Assembly: GCA_963848295.1 (NCBI GenBank)
Contig: CAWKDB010000003.1
Span: forward strand, 1-28,524
Length of the DNA: 28,524 bases
Reading direction: 5' to 3'
From: an uncultured delta proteobacterium
Lineage (GTDB): Bacteria; Myxococcota_A; Polyangia; Haliangiales; Haliangiaceae
The stretch's first letter is position 1, and every line of letters begins with the position of its first letter. Below are positions 1 through 8,723 of the stretch, piece by piece. The position numbers were made by a program, and so were the translations under genes. A model generated the notes under the pieces. The model had not been told where the DNA came from. It searched no databases and worked only from the letters and a program-made list of their open reading frames with translations.

Positions 1-34
1 TATCGATCGACGGAGCGATTACGGGCCGATCTCG

Positions 35-343
35 TCACATGCCAGTGAACAGGATCTCGATCGCGTCGATCAGCTCGGTGCGCCGGGTCGCCAGCGAAGC
101 TACCCGCTCGCCGAGGCTCGCCGACGGTATCGCGGCGAGCTGCTGGTACACGAGCACGTACTCGATCTTGCCGATCGTCGCGACCGGATTGAGCCGCGAG
201 ATCGGCTTGCTGTCGTAGCGCTTCAACGTCATGAGGGGGACCACGACACGGGTCGCGAGCCGCACCAGCACGTCGGCCTGCGCGTCCATCAGCAGCGGGT
301 ATGCGCCACCGCGCGGGTTCTTGTAGACGTCGAACTGCGCCAT
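35..343 (-). CDS. ccdB: CcdB family toxin (gyrase poison)
   Basis: 102 aa. MAQFDVYKNP...YPLLMDAQADVL..LATRVVVPL...RLNP...LIDAIEILFTGM follows the CcdB pattern. The ATG overlaps the ccdA stop (TGATG). Confidence 0.93.
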   Translation of the reverse strand: MAQFDVYKNPRGGAYPLLMDAQADVLVRLATRVVVPLMTLKRYDSKPISRLNPVATIGKIEYVLVYQQLAAIPSASLGERVASLATRRTELIDAIEILFTGM

Positions 344-585
344 CAGAATTTTCGCCAGCCATCGCTGAAGACGCCGTACCGGCCGACCCGAGCGTTGTAC
401 GCGTCGATCGCTTCACTGTTATCGGCGAGCCAAGCCTCGCGCTCGGCGGTACGGATCGCGGCCTCGATCGACGCCTCCAGCATGCCGGACAAGTTGAGCC
501 CTAGCTGCTTCGCGCGCCGCACCAAGTCGGCCCGCACCGACAGATTAGTCGGCGTCTTACGTGAGCCAGTTGATGCGCGTGCCAT
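343..585 (-). CDS. ccdA: CcdA family antitoxin
   Basis: 80 aa from ATG 585. RHH-like N-terminus (KTPTNLSVRADLVRRAKQLGLNLS) and CcdA tail (WLADNSEAIDAYNARV..YGVFSDGWRKF). Directly upstream of ccdB. Confidence 0.92.
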   Translation of the reverse strand: MARASTGSRKTPTNLSVRADLVRRAKQLGLNLSGMLEASIEAAIRTAEREAWLADNSEAIDAYNARVGRYGVFSDGWRKF

Positions 586-620
586 ATGCGCATTGTATAT
601 GCGCAGCCTTTCGCCGGCAA
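584..620 (-). promoter_or_regulatory. ccdAB sigma70-type promoter with putative autoregulatory operator
   Basis: Minus strand TTGCCG (620-615)-N17-TACAAT (597-592)-N6-ATG. ATATGCGCA occurs twice (584-592, 597-605), each with a TGCGCA palindrome, flanking the -10. Confidence 0.7.
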
Positions 621-628
621 TACGCACG

Positions 629-1301
629 TCAGCGGTCGCGCCCGAACGCGCGCGTATGAAGCGCGAAGTACAAGCCGCTCGACCAGCTGCCGGGCGTGAT
701 CACACTCGCTCCTGCATCTGCCCCCACCGCGATCCACGGGTTCGAGCCACAGCTCGCCGCGGACGCGCGCTTCGACGACCGGAAATGCGCGATCGGTGGC
801 GTTGCTCGCGGGATCGAACGATACGATCCCGACGCCGCCGGCGAGCTCGACCGACACCGATGCGCGACCCGCGCGATGCCGCACGCCGAGCACGCCGCCG
901 AGCCCGACGTACGCGTACGGATCGGGCGTCGTCGTGCCCGCCGAAACGATGCCATCGACCGACGTCTCCATCGCGAGGTACAGATGATGCGGCAGGCCGA
1001 TGCCGAGCCGATCGGTGCCGCCGACCGCGAACAACCCGGCGCGACGCGAGCCCGGCGTCATCCCCGACGTGCGCGCGGCCGGAGCGAACGGCATGTCGAG
1101 CTCGATGTGCCGCATCTCGGTACCGACTTCGATGATCAGATCCGGGATGATCGCGCCGACCGCCCACGCGCCGAACGGGTGGCAACTCGAAAACCCGACG
1201 ACGTCGCACGGACATTGCGGCCCGAGCGTGAGCGGCGCGCCGTTGTCGGCACGCGCCGCGCCACTCGCGAGCACGATCGCGATGGCGACCGCGCGAATCA
1301 C
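629..1301 (-). CDS. Secreted hypothetical protein, possibly small outer-membrane beta-barrel (frameshift near 743)
   Basis: GTG 1301 overlaps the upstream stop. Signal peptide (AIAIVLASGAARA). Amphipathic strands such as YVGLGGVLGVRH and VSVELAGG. ELWL continues in another frame as NPWIAVGADAGASV...LYFALHTRAFGRDR*. Confidence 0.55.
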
Positions 1302-1747
1302 GGCGTCACCGCCAGCCGCGCATCGCCGAAGCACAGCCACTGCGCCGGCGTCGCATGGGCGATCGGCGCGACGTCGACGCACACCGCCGCGAGCTCGCCC
1401 GGCCCCGCGTCGTAGGCGATCGCTTCGCGCCCGACGAGCCTGCCGTCGATCGGCAGCGGGCGCAGCTCGTGGCGGCGATCGATCGCGGCCATCGCGAGCT
1501 CGCGGCCATCGCCGGTGCGACCGAACACCCGCACCGCAGTGAGGTCGACGAGGGTCGGATGATCGCAGCGATTGCCGAAATCGTACTCGAGCTCGGCGAC
1601 GCCATCGCGCTCGCGTCGCTCGTCAACCGAAATGTCGAGACAGCCGATGGTTGTCCGCTGCCCTGGGAAAGTATCGGCAAGTCGATGGAACGACCCGGGC
1701 TGGTACGCACAGGCGGTGATCGCGACGAGCAGGACGGCGCAGCGCAT
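1298..1747 (-). CDS. Hypothetical Cys-containing lipoprotein
   Basis: MRCAVLLVAITAC carries a lipobox. 149 aa with several further Cys. Coupled to the downstream gene by a GTGA overlap. Confidence 0.7.
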   Translation of the reverse strand: MRCAVLLVAITACAYQPGSFHRLADTFPGQRTTIGCLDISVDERRERDGVAELEYDFGNRCDHPTLVDLTAVRVFGRTGDGRELAMAAIDRRHELRPLPIDGRLVGREAIAYDAGPGELAAVCVDVAPIAHATPAQWLCFGDARLAVTP

Positions 1748-1906
1748 ACCTGCGGCATAGCAAGAGGTGCGCCTCGCGCCACGACCCAACCCCGCGCTCT
1801 CGCTGGCAATCTGCCGGCTCGTGCCGCGTCGCTAGCGCAACACCGTCATCGCGTTGCAACAACGTCTGACTTGCGGTCAGCGGCGCCGAGCAGGAAGGTC
1901 CGCCGG

Positions 1907-2986
1907 ATGCCTCGTTTGTCTCTACTGCTATTCGTCGCCGCCTGCTCGTCGAACGCAGCCCTGCCCGACGCGGCTCCCCCGGTTGCGGTCGCGACCGGCG
2001 CGGTCGGTGCCTGGCGCACCGCCGCACCGTTGCCGATCGCACGCGCGAACCTGTGCGCCGCATCGATCGATAACTGGGTGCTCGCGATCGGCGGCAACCA
2101 CGCCGATGCGACCGGCAACTTCGTCAAGACCGCCGAGATCGACGCGGCTCAGCTCGCCGATGATGGCACGCTCGGGCCATGGCAAGTCGCCGGCATGCTG
2201 CCGAGCCCGGCGAGCGAGTGCGTCGCGACGAGCGACGGCAATCACCTCTATGTCATCGACGGCCTGTACGACGACGAAGCCGACGCCGGCCAAGTCTTCA
2301 CCGCCGACCTCGACGCGACCGGCCACCTCGGCACGTTGACCTCGGCCGGCACGCTACCGAGCGGCGATGTCGTGATCTCGCAGAGCGCGTTCGTCCGCGA
2401 CGGCACGCTCGCAGTGATGAACCCAGCGTTGCCCGACCCCGGCTCGGCCACCGACCCCGCGAACACGGTGCAGACGATCCGCACGGCGATGTCGGGCCCG
2501 TTGGCGTGGAACGTCGACGGTTGGAACATCACGTGGCGCGATCAAGCGCAGTACGCCTTTGGCGATAGCTTCGCGTACGTGATCGGCGGCTACGGCGAAG
2601 ACGACGTGAACACCGTGACGACCGACGTCTACATGGCGCCGATCGGTGCGAACGCCGCGATCGGTGCGAGCGCGAAGACCGCGCCGCTGCCGGTCGCGAC
2701 CGCATTCGGCAAGGGCGTCGCGGTCGATGACTGGGTCTTCGTCGTCGGCGGCCGCGGCGCCGTGTTCGGCGGCACCGCGACGACCGCCGTGTGGGCAGCG
2801 CACGTCGGCAGCGACGGCACGCTCGGCGCGTGGCAGCCGCAAACCGCGTTGAGCCAACCGCGCACGAACCAGGCGATGGTGCTCGTCGGCAGCTACCTCG
2901 TCTCGGTCGGCGGCGCGAACGCCGCCGGCGGCGACACGACCGTGCTCTACTCGCAAGTCCGCTCCGAGCCGGCCGAGCCGAAGTAA
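1907..2986 (+). CDS. Kelch-repeat beta-propeller lipoprotein
   Basis: MPRLSLLLFVAAC lipobox. Repeated Kelch units (VLAIGG, LYVIDG, AYVIGG, VFVVGG, LVSVGG; DGTLGPW/DGTLGAW; LP.AR). The true start is 1907, not 1355. Confidence 0.8.
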   Translation: MPRLSLLLFVAACSSNAALPDAAPPVAVATGAVGAWRTAAPLPIARANLCAASIDNWVLAIGGNHADATGNFVKTAEIDAAQLADDGTLGPWQVAGMLPSPASECVATSDGNHLYVIDGLYDDEADAGQVFTADLDATGHLGTLTSAGTLPSGDVVISQSAFVRDGTLAVMNPALPDPGSATDPANTVQTIRTAMSGPLAWNVDGWNITWRDQAQYAFGDSFAYVIGGYGEDDVNTVTTDVYMAPIGANAAIGASAKTAPLPVATAFGKGVAVDDWVFVVGGRGAVFGGTATTAVWAAHVGSDGTLGAWQPQTALSQPRTNQAMVLVGSYLVSVGGANAAGGDTTVLYSQVRSEPAEPK

Positions 2987-3006
2987 ACGTGGGATGGTCG
3001 GCGCCC

Positions 3007-4083
3007 GTGGCCGACCCGGTGCCGTTCTTCGACATGCAATCCGAGCTCCGCCCGATCCGGGCCGAGCTCGATGCCGCGATCGCGCGCGTGCTCGACAGCG
3101 GTGTACTGATCGGCGGCGCCGAAGTCACGGCGTTCGAGCGCGAGCTCGCGACCGCGACCGGTGCAGCGCGTGCGATCGGCACGAGCTCTGGCAGTGACGC
3201 GTTGCTCGCGATCCTCATGGCGATCGGCATCGATCGCGACGCCGAGGTCGTGACCACGCCGCTGACGTTCTTCGCTACTGCCGGTGCGCCGGCACGGCTC
3301 GGGGCACGGGTCGTGTTCGCCGACATCGACGACGCGACGCTCGGCCTCGATCCGGCCGCTGCCCTCGCCGCTTGCACCTCGCGATCGCGCGCGATCGTGC
3401 CGGTCAACTTGTTCGGTTTGCCGGCGGCGCTGGCTGCGAACGCGCCGTGTCCGATCGTCGAGGACTCAGCGCAGAGCATTCTCGCGGCGCCGGTGCGTGG
3501 TATCGCGGCGGCGCTGTCGCTGTTCCCGACCAAGAACCTCGGCGCGCTTGGCGATGCGGGTGCGGTGCTGACCAACGATGGCGCGCTCGCCGATCGCATC
3601 GCGATGCTCCGAAACCATGGTGCCGAGCCGAAGTATCACCACGCGATCGTCGGTGGAAACTTCCGGCTCGACGCGCTGCAAGCCGCCGCGTTGCGCGTGA
3701 AGTTGCCGTATCTCGCACGATGGACCGCGGCGCGGCGCGCTCACGCCGCGCACTATCGCGAGCTGTTCGCCGCCGCTCGCGTCCCCGCCGAGCTCCGCTT
3801 GCCGCCCGACGACCCAGCGCACGTCTATCACCAGTTCTCGATTCGCGCGCCGCGGCGCGATGCGCTGCGCGCGCACCTCGCCACCGCCGGCATAGAGACC
3901 GCGATCTACTACCCGACGCCACTCCACCTCCAGCCGTGCTTCGCATCACTCGGCTATCGAGCAGGTTCGCTGCCGCGCGCCGAACGTGCGTGCGCCGAGC
4001 TGCTCGCGTTGCCGATCCAGCCGGCGCTCGATGCCGACGCGCGGGCACGAATCGTCGACCAGATCGAGCTATTCTACTGCTAG
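3007..4083 (+). CDS. DegT/DnrJ/EryC1/StrS PLP-dependent NDP-sugar aminotransferase (WbpE-like)
   Basis: Motifs VPFFD, SSGSDAL, TFFATA, VEDSAQS, PLP-lysine motif SLFPTKNLGALGDAG, GGNFRLDALQAA and YYPTPLHLQP. Confidence 0.93.
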   Translation: MADPVPFFDMQSELRPIRAELDAAIARVLDSGVLIGGAEVTAFERELATATGAARAIGTSSGSDALLAILMAIGIDRDAEVVTTPLTFFATAGAPARLGARVVFADIDDATLGLDPAAALAACTSRSRAIVPVNLFGLPAALAANAPCPIVEDSAQSILAAPVRGIAAALSLFPTKNLGALGDAGAVLTNDGALADRIAMLRNHGAEPKYHHAIVGGNFRLDALQAAALRVKLPYLARWTAARRAHAAHYRELFAAARVPAELRLPPDDPAHVYHQFSIRAPRRDALRAHLATAGIETAIYYPTPLHLQPCFASLGYRAGSLPRAERACAELLALPIQPALDADARARIVDQIELFYC

Positions 4084-4085
4084 TC

Positions 4086-5114
4086 GTGCGCCTGCGAATC
4101 GCCGTCCTCGGAGCCGGAAGTTGGGGAATCAACCATGTCCGCGTGCTCGGCGCCGAACCGCGATGCGAGCTGACACTCGTCGTCGAGCCGGATCGCACCA
4201 AGCACGCGACCGTAGCCGCTCTCGCTCCGCAAGCGCGCATCGTCGAATCGGCCGACGCCGCGCTCGGCGACCCCGACATCGACGCCGTGGTGATCGCAAC
4301 GCCCGCCTCGACTCACGTCGAGCTCGCACTCGCCGCGCTCGCCGCGGACAAGCACGTCTTGATCGAAAAGCCGCTCGCGCGCTCGCTCGCGGATGCCCGT
4401 CGGGTGGCCGATGCCGCGATGCGCTCGCACCGTACCGCAATGGTCGGCCATCTCATGGTCTATCACCCGGCGGTGCGTCGTCTGCGCGAGCTGTTGCGCA
4501 GCGGAGCGCTCGGCACGCCGTACTACGTCCACGCGACGCGCGTGAACCTCGGCCGGTTGCGCAGCGACGAGACCGCGCTGTGGTGCTTCGGCCCGCACGA
4601 TCTATCAATGCTCGACTACATCACCGGTGAAACGCCGACGACCGTCTCGGCGTGTGGCCAGTCGGTTCTGCAGCCGGGGATCGAAGACGTCGTGTTCCTG
4701 ACGCTGCGATATGCGAGCGGCCTGCTCGCGAATCTCCATCTGTCGTGGCTACATCCGCGCAAAGAGCGCCGGCTGACGCTCGTATGCTCGCAAAAAATGG
4801 TCGAGTTCGACGATCAGATTCGCGAGAAGCTGCGGATCTACGACAAGGGCTACGACCGGCCGCCCGATTTCACCGAGTTCGGCGAGTTCCTGACGCTACG
4901 CGACGGCGATGTCCACATCCCGCACTTGTCGATGGAAGAGCCGCTGCGAGCGGAACTCCGCCACTTTCTTGATTGCATCGCACTCGGGGTCACGCCCGAC
5001 ACCGACCTCGCCGGTGGCGCCCGCGTCACCGCGATCCTCGAAGCGGCTGATCGGTCACTCCGCCTCGGCGGTGCGCCGCTACCTGTCGAGAGTCGTAGTA
5101 CGACTCAACCATGA
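4086..5114 (+). CDS. Gfo/Idh/MocA family oxidoreductase (NDP-sugar 3-dehydrogenase-like)
   Basis: Motifs IAVLGAGSWG, DAVVIATP..TH, HVLIEKPLA, MVGH...YHP and PHDLS. GTG 4086 lies 2 nt after the DegT stop. Confidence 0.9.
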   Translation: MRLRIAVLGAGSWGINHVRVLGAEPRCELTLVVEPDRTKHATVAALAPQARIVESADAALGDPDIDAVVIATPASTHVELALAALAADKHVLIEKPLARSLADARRVADAAMRSHRTAMVGHLMVYHPAVRRLRELLRSGALGTPYYVHATRVNLGRLRSDETALWCFGPHDLSMLDYITGETPTTVSACGQSVLQPGIEDVVFLTLRYASGLLANLHLSWLHPRKERRLTLVCSQKMVEFDDQIREKLRIYDKGYDRPPDFTEFGEFLTLRDGDVHIPHLSMEEPLRAELRHFLDCIALGVTPDTDLAGGARVTAILEAADRSLRLGGAPLPVESRSTTQP

Positions 5115-6142
5115 CGATCCGCTACGACCAGATCTGCGCCGAGCTCTTGGCCAAACCGAAGCGTTGGCTCGTCACTGGAGTCGCCGGCTTCATCGGCTCT
5201 GCGTTACTCGAACGGTTGCTCGAGCTCGGTCAGACGGTCGTCGGCGTCGACAATTTTCTCAACGGCTTTCAAGCGAACATCGACGACGTTCTGGCAACGC
5301 ACCCCACTCGGGGTTCGCAGTTCGAGTTCATTGAGGGCGATCTGCGCGAGCTCGAGGTCGCCCATCGCGTCGTGCGGGGTGTCGATCTCGTCTTGCATCA
5401 AGCGGCGCTCGGATCGGTCCCGCGATCGCTCGTCGATCCGATCGCCTCGCACCAACACAACGTCGATGCGTTCGTGAACGTCCTTGTTGCAGCACGCGAT
5501 GCCAAGGTGTCGCGCGTGGTCTACGCGTCGAGCGCGGCGGTCTACGGTGACCATCCGGCGCTACCGAAGCGCGAGGACGTGATCGGTAAGCCACTGTCAC
5601 CGTACGCGACGACCAAACGGGTCGACGAGATGTATGCACAGATCTTTCAGGATTCATACGGGCTGCCGATGATCGGCCTGCGCTACTTCAACGTGTTCGG
5701 TCGCCGGCAGAATCTTAAGAGCGCGTACGCTCCGGTAATCCCGAAATGGATCGCCGCGATGCTCGCGCGCAAGCCGTGCGTGATCTTCGGCGACGGCTCG
5801 AACAGTCGTGACTTTTGTTACGTCGACAACATCGTCCAAGCGAACCTCCTGTCAGCGACGGTCGACCTCGCCGCGACCAACACCGCCTACAACTGCGGCT
5901 GCAATTCGCGCACGGATCTGAACCAGCTATTTACGATGGTCCGCGACAACTTGGGGAAAGACTATCCTGAAGTCGCCGAGATCCAGCCGGTGTACGAACC
6001 GCCCCGCGCGGGCGATATCGCCCACTCGCAGGCGTCGATCGATAGGATTTCGCAAGCGATGGGCTACGTCCCGACCCACCACTCCGCCGAAGGCATCGCC
6101 GAGACCGTGCGCTGGTACGTCAAGCAGCTGCGTCGAGGCTGA
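5111..6142 (+). CDS. wbpP: UDP-GlcNAc(A) C4-epimerase, WbpP/TviC-like SDR
   Basis: N-terminus RYDQICAELLAKPKRWLVTGVAGFIGS, HQAALGSVPRS, YxxxK motif (SPYATTK) and LRYFNVFGRRQ closely follow WbpP. Confidence 0.88.
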   Translation: MTIRYDQICAELLAKPKRWLVTGVAGFIGSALLERLLELGQTVVGVDNFLNGFQANIDDVLATHPTRGSQFEFIEGDLRELEVAHRVVRGVDLVLHQAALGSVPRSLVDPIASHQHNVDAFVNVLVAARDAKVSRVVYASSAAVYGDHPALPKREDVIGKPLSPYATTKRVDEMYAQIFQDSYGLPMIGLRYFNVFGRRQNLKSAYAPVIPKWIAAMLARKPCVIFGDGSNSRDFCYVDNIVQANLLSATVDLAATNTAYNCGCNSRTDLNQLFTMVRDNLGKDYPEVAEIQPVYEPPRAGDIAHSQASIDRISQAMGYVPTHHSAEGIAETVRWYVKQLRRG

Positions 6143-6201
6143 ACGCGACACCCGTGCTAGCCTCGCGTGAACGAGGCCGCCACCGCGGCGCTCTAACTCG
6201 C

Positions 6202-8055
6202 ATGAGCCGCCTTTCTCCAGTCGTCCTGGCGCTCACCGGCGCGATTGCACTCGCGCCGCTGAGCGATGGTGTCGCGGCGACCGGACAACACGACCTCGCC
6301 GACTACCGCTATTTCCGCGCACTCTCGATCGACCTCGTCGGGCGCACGCCGAGCGACGATGAGCTCACCGCGTTCGAGCAACCAGGTTTCGATCTCGACA
6401 AATGGATCGACGCGCATCTGACCGGCGCCGGCTACGCCGATAGGCTGCGCCGCGTCTACATGGACGCGCTCCAGCTCGAGGCCGGCGCGACGTACAAGTT
6501 CATGCCTGGGCAGTCGACGCTGGTGCATCAGATCGTGACCGGCCCGGACGGCGCGAAGATGTTCATCTATTTTCGTCACGGGCAGCGCCGCACCGACCCC
6601 ACGACCGACGGCGAGTTCTGCTTCAGCAAAGACGAGACCGGCTACGATTCCCCGTCGAAAGCCGAACATGGAGGGGCCGGCAAGCGGCTCACCCAAGCGG
6701 CTATCGACGCCAAGACCGTGCTGGTCAAGCCTTGGTGGCTCTACGCGGACTATCGCGCGAAGGCGCCAAGCGACCTGTACTCGCCCGCTTGGGCGAAGCG
6801 ATTCCCGAGCTACCAGCTGACGAACGCACTGCTCGTGGACGCGGACGGTCGCACGCAGACCACGGCGATCCGTGTGTGCAAAGAAGAAGCGCAGACCGCG
6901 GAGACCGGCGCGATCTTCACAACCGGCGCCGGCCCGGGCAAACGACCGCTACCGGCCGACCGAGCGACGCGCGCACCGGTCGACACTGTGCTCGCGAAGA
7001 ACGCTGCCGGCCAAAAGGTCTCGTGCTTGACCGGCACCGGATTTCGTAACTCGGCCGAATGCGGCTGCGGCGTCGGCGTCGAGCGCTGCCTGCCTGGCCC
7101 AGCGGCGTTCGTAATGCCGATAAAGGCGCCGATCGGAGCAGACGAGCCGTTCGAGGCGGGCAGTCAATCGGTCTCCGAGTGGGTCAAGATGTGGTGGGCA
7201 CGCGAAGCCGAGCATTTCTTCAACCGGATCTTCACCGAAGATCGCGACTTCCGCGAGGTCGTGCGCGCGCGATGGACCGAGGTGAACGGCCCGCTCGCCT
7301 TGTTCTATCGGTTCATCGCACAATCGACCTGCTGCGGCCCTGGTGCGGAGGCCGGCTACTTGATGCCCGAGCCAATGGTCGATCCTTCCGCGGTGCCGGC
7401 GAAGCTCACCGCGGTCGAGACCGACACGTGGCTGCCGGTTGCCGACCGCGGCCCGCACGCCGCCGGGATCTTGACGATGCCCGTGTTCCTAACGAAATAC
7501 GGCTCGCGACGCGCGCGCGCCCACGTGCTTTACACGGCGTTCTTGTGCCGCGACTTCATCGCGTCGAAGGTCAAGCTCGAGCCATCGACCGAGCCGGACC
7601 TGACGAAACGCGCGGGCTGTTCGTCGTGTCATCACACGCTCGAGCCGATGGCAGCGTACTTCAGCCGCGTCACCGAATCTGACTGGACGTGGCTGCCGGC
7701 GAGTACGTTCCCGATCGGCAACTGCACCGACAAACCGAAGTCGGCGACGTGCACGAAGGTCTATGATCCGGCGTTCGGCAAGCTGCGCAGCGCGTATGCC
7801 TCAACCGACCACGCCGAAGCTGGGCCGATCGGCCTCGCAGAGGATATCGCCGATTCGCCCGAGTTCGCGCCGTGCGCGGTCGAGAACGTCGCGCGCTCGC
7901 TGCTCGGTCGACCGCTTGTCCCCGCCGACGATGCGTGGCGCCAACAGCTACTAAAGACGTTCGTCGACGGTGGCTACAAAATGCGTGCTCTCGTGCGTGC
8001 AATCGTTACCTCGCCTGCATATCGCCTGACGTATGCGCCGAAAGGCACGCCGTGA
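6202..8055 (+). CDS. Secreted Cys-rich CxxCH protein, DUF1549/DUF1588/DUF1585-like
   Basis: Signal peptide. RALSIDLVGRTPSDDEL, HAAGILT.PVFL, RRARA...FLC, GCSSCHHTLEP and a C-terminal GYKMRALVRAIVTSPAY. 14 Cys in total. Confidence 0.72.
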   Translation: MSRLSPVVLALTGAIALAPLSDGVAATGQHDLADYRYFRALSIDLVGRTPSDDELTAFEQPGFDLDKWIDAHLTGAGYADRLRRVYMDALQLEAGATYKFMPGQSTLVHQIVTGPDGAKMFIYFRHGQRRTDPTTDGEFCFSKDETGYDSPSKAEHGGAGKRLTQAAIDAKTVLVKPWWLYADYRAKAPSDLYSPAWAKRFPSYQLTNALLVDADGRTQTTAIRVCKEEAQTAETGAIFTTGAGPGKRPLPADRATRAPVDTVLAKNAAGQKVSCLTGTGFRNSAECGCGVGVERCLPGPAAFVMPIKAPIGADEPFEAGSQSVSEWVKMWWAREAEHFFNRIFTEDRDFREVVRARWTEVNGPLALFYRFIAQSTCCGPGAEAGYLMPEPMVDPSAVPAKLTAVETDTWLPVADRGPHAAGILTMPVFLTKYGSRRARAHVLYTAFLCRDFIASKVKLEPSTEPDLTKRAGCSSCHHTLEPMAAYFSRVTESDWTWLPASTFPIGNCTDKPKSATCTKVYDPAFGKLRSAYASTDHAEAGPIGLAEDIADSPEFAPCAVENVARSLLGRPLVPADDAWRQQLLKTFVDGGYKMRALVRAIVTSPAYRLTYAPKGTP

Positions 8056-8723
8056 AGCCAGGTGCGCTGATCGCGTTGGTCGCATGCTCGGGAGGGTCGA
8101 CGATCGCGCCGAGTACCGCGCAGAAGCTACCGCCGAGCACGACGGTCTCACTGGATCCGACCGATGCGACCGACACCGGCACCAAAGAGCTGCGCAGGAT
8201 GGTCCCACCCGAGGCGTATCTACGTTCGTACTTGATGTGGTTCGGCGGGCTGTCGCCGATCGAGATCGAGAAGAAGGCCAAGGGCCGCTTGTTCGACTCG
8301 TGGCCCGACTATCTCAACGCGCTTGGGCTCCCCGATTACAAGCGCGACGCCCCGCGGCAGGAGCAAACGAACACGCTGATGCTCGCGACCTATGGCCGAC
8401 TTGGCGAGGCGTTGTGCGCTCGGGCCGCCGAGCACGACCTGCACGAGCGGACGCTTCTCGCGTCGCGGCTCGTGTTTCGGTTCGATCCGGTCGCCAACAT
8501 GGATCAAGCGACGTTCACGCCGCGCTTCGAAGTCCTGCATCGCAAGTTCCTTGGCTATCCCGTGCGGCTGGCACCGGCCGACCGCGTTCCTCGCTTTTTC
8601 GCGCTGTACCGCGACGTCGCGCGGCGCCATGCGAGTGATTCCCAGCCGCTGACGGGCGATGAAGCTGCATGGGCCGCGGTCTGCTCAGCGCTCGTGCAAC
8701 ATCCCGAGGCGGAGCTCTACTGA
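8052..8723 (+). CDS. Hypothetical lipoprotein, partner of the DUF1501 cassette
   Basis: GTGA overlap with the upstream stop. Lipobox LVAC. The C-terminus AWAAVCSALVQHPEAELY resembles the ends of proteins that precede DUF1501 genes. Confidence 0.68.
   Translation: MKPGALIALVACSGGSTIAPSTAQKLPPSTTVSLDPTDATDTGTKELRRMVPPEAYLRSYLMWFGGLSPIEIEKKAKGRLFDSWPDYLNALGLPDYKRDAPRQEQTNTLMLATYGRLGEALCARAAEHDLHERTLLASRLVFRFDPVANMDQATFTPRFEVLHRKFLGYPVRLAPADRVPRFFALYRDVARRHASDSQPLTGDEAAWAAVCSALVQHPEAELY

Noticed and set aside
1355..4085. Long N-terminal extensions in the ORF track (starts 1355, 2791, 3372; likewise 7872, 9805, 16062, 22169)
   Set aside because: Signal peptides, family N-termini and stop/start overlaps indicate later starts, so these are not fusions.
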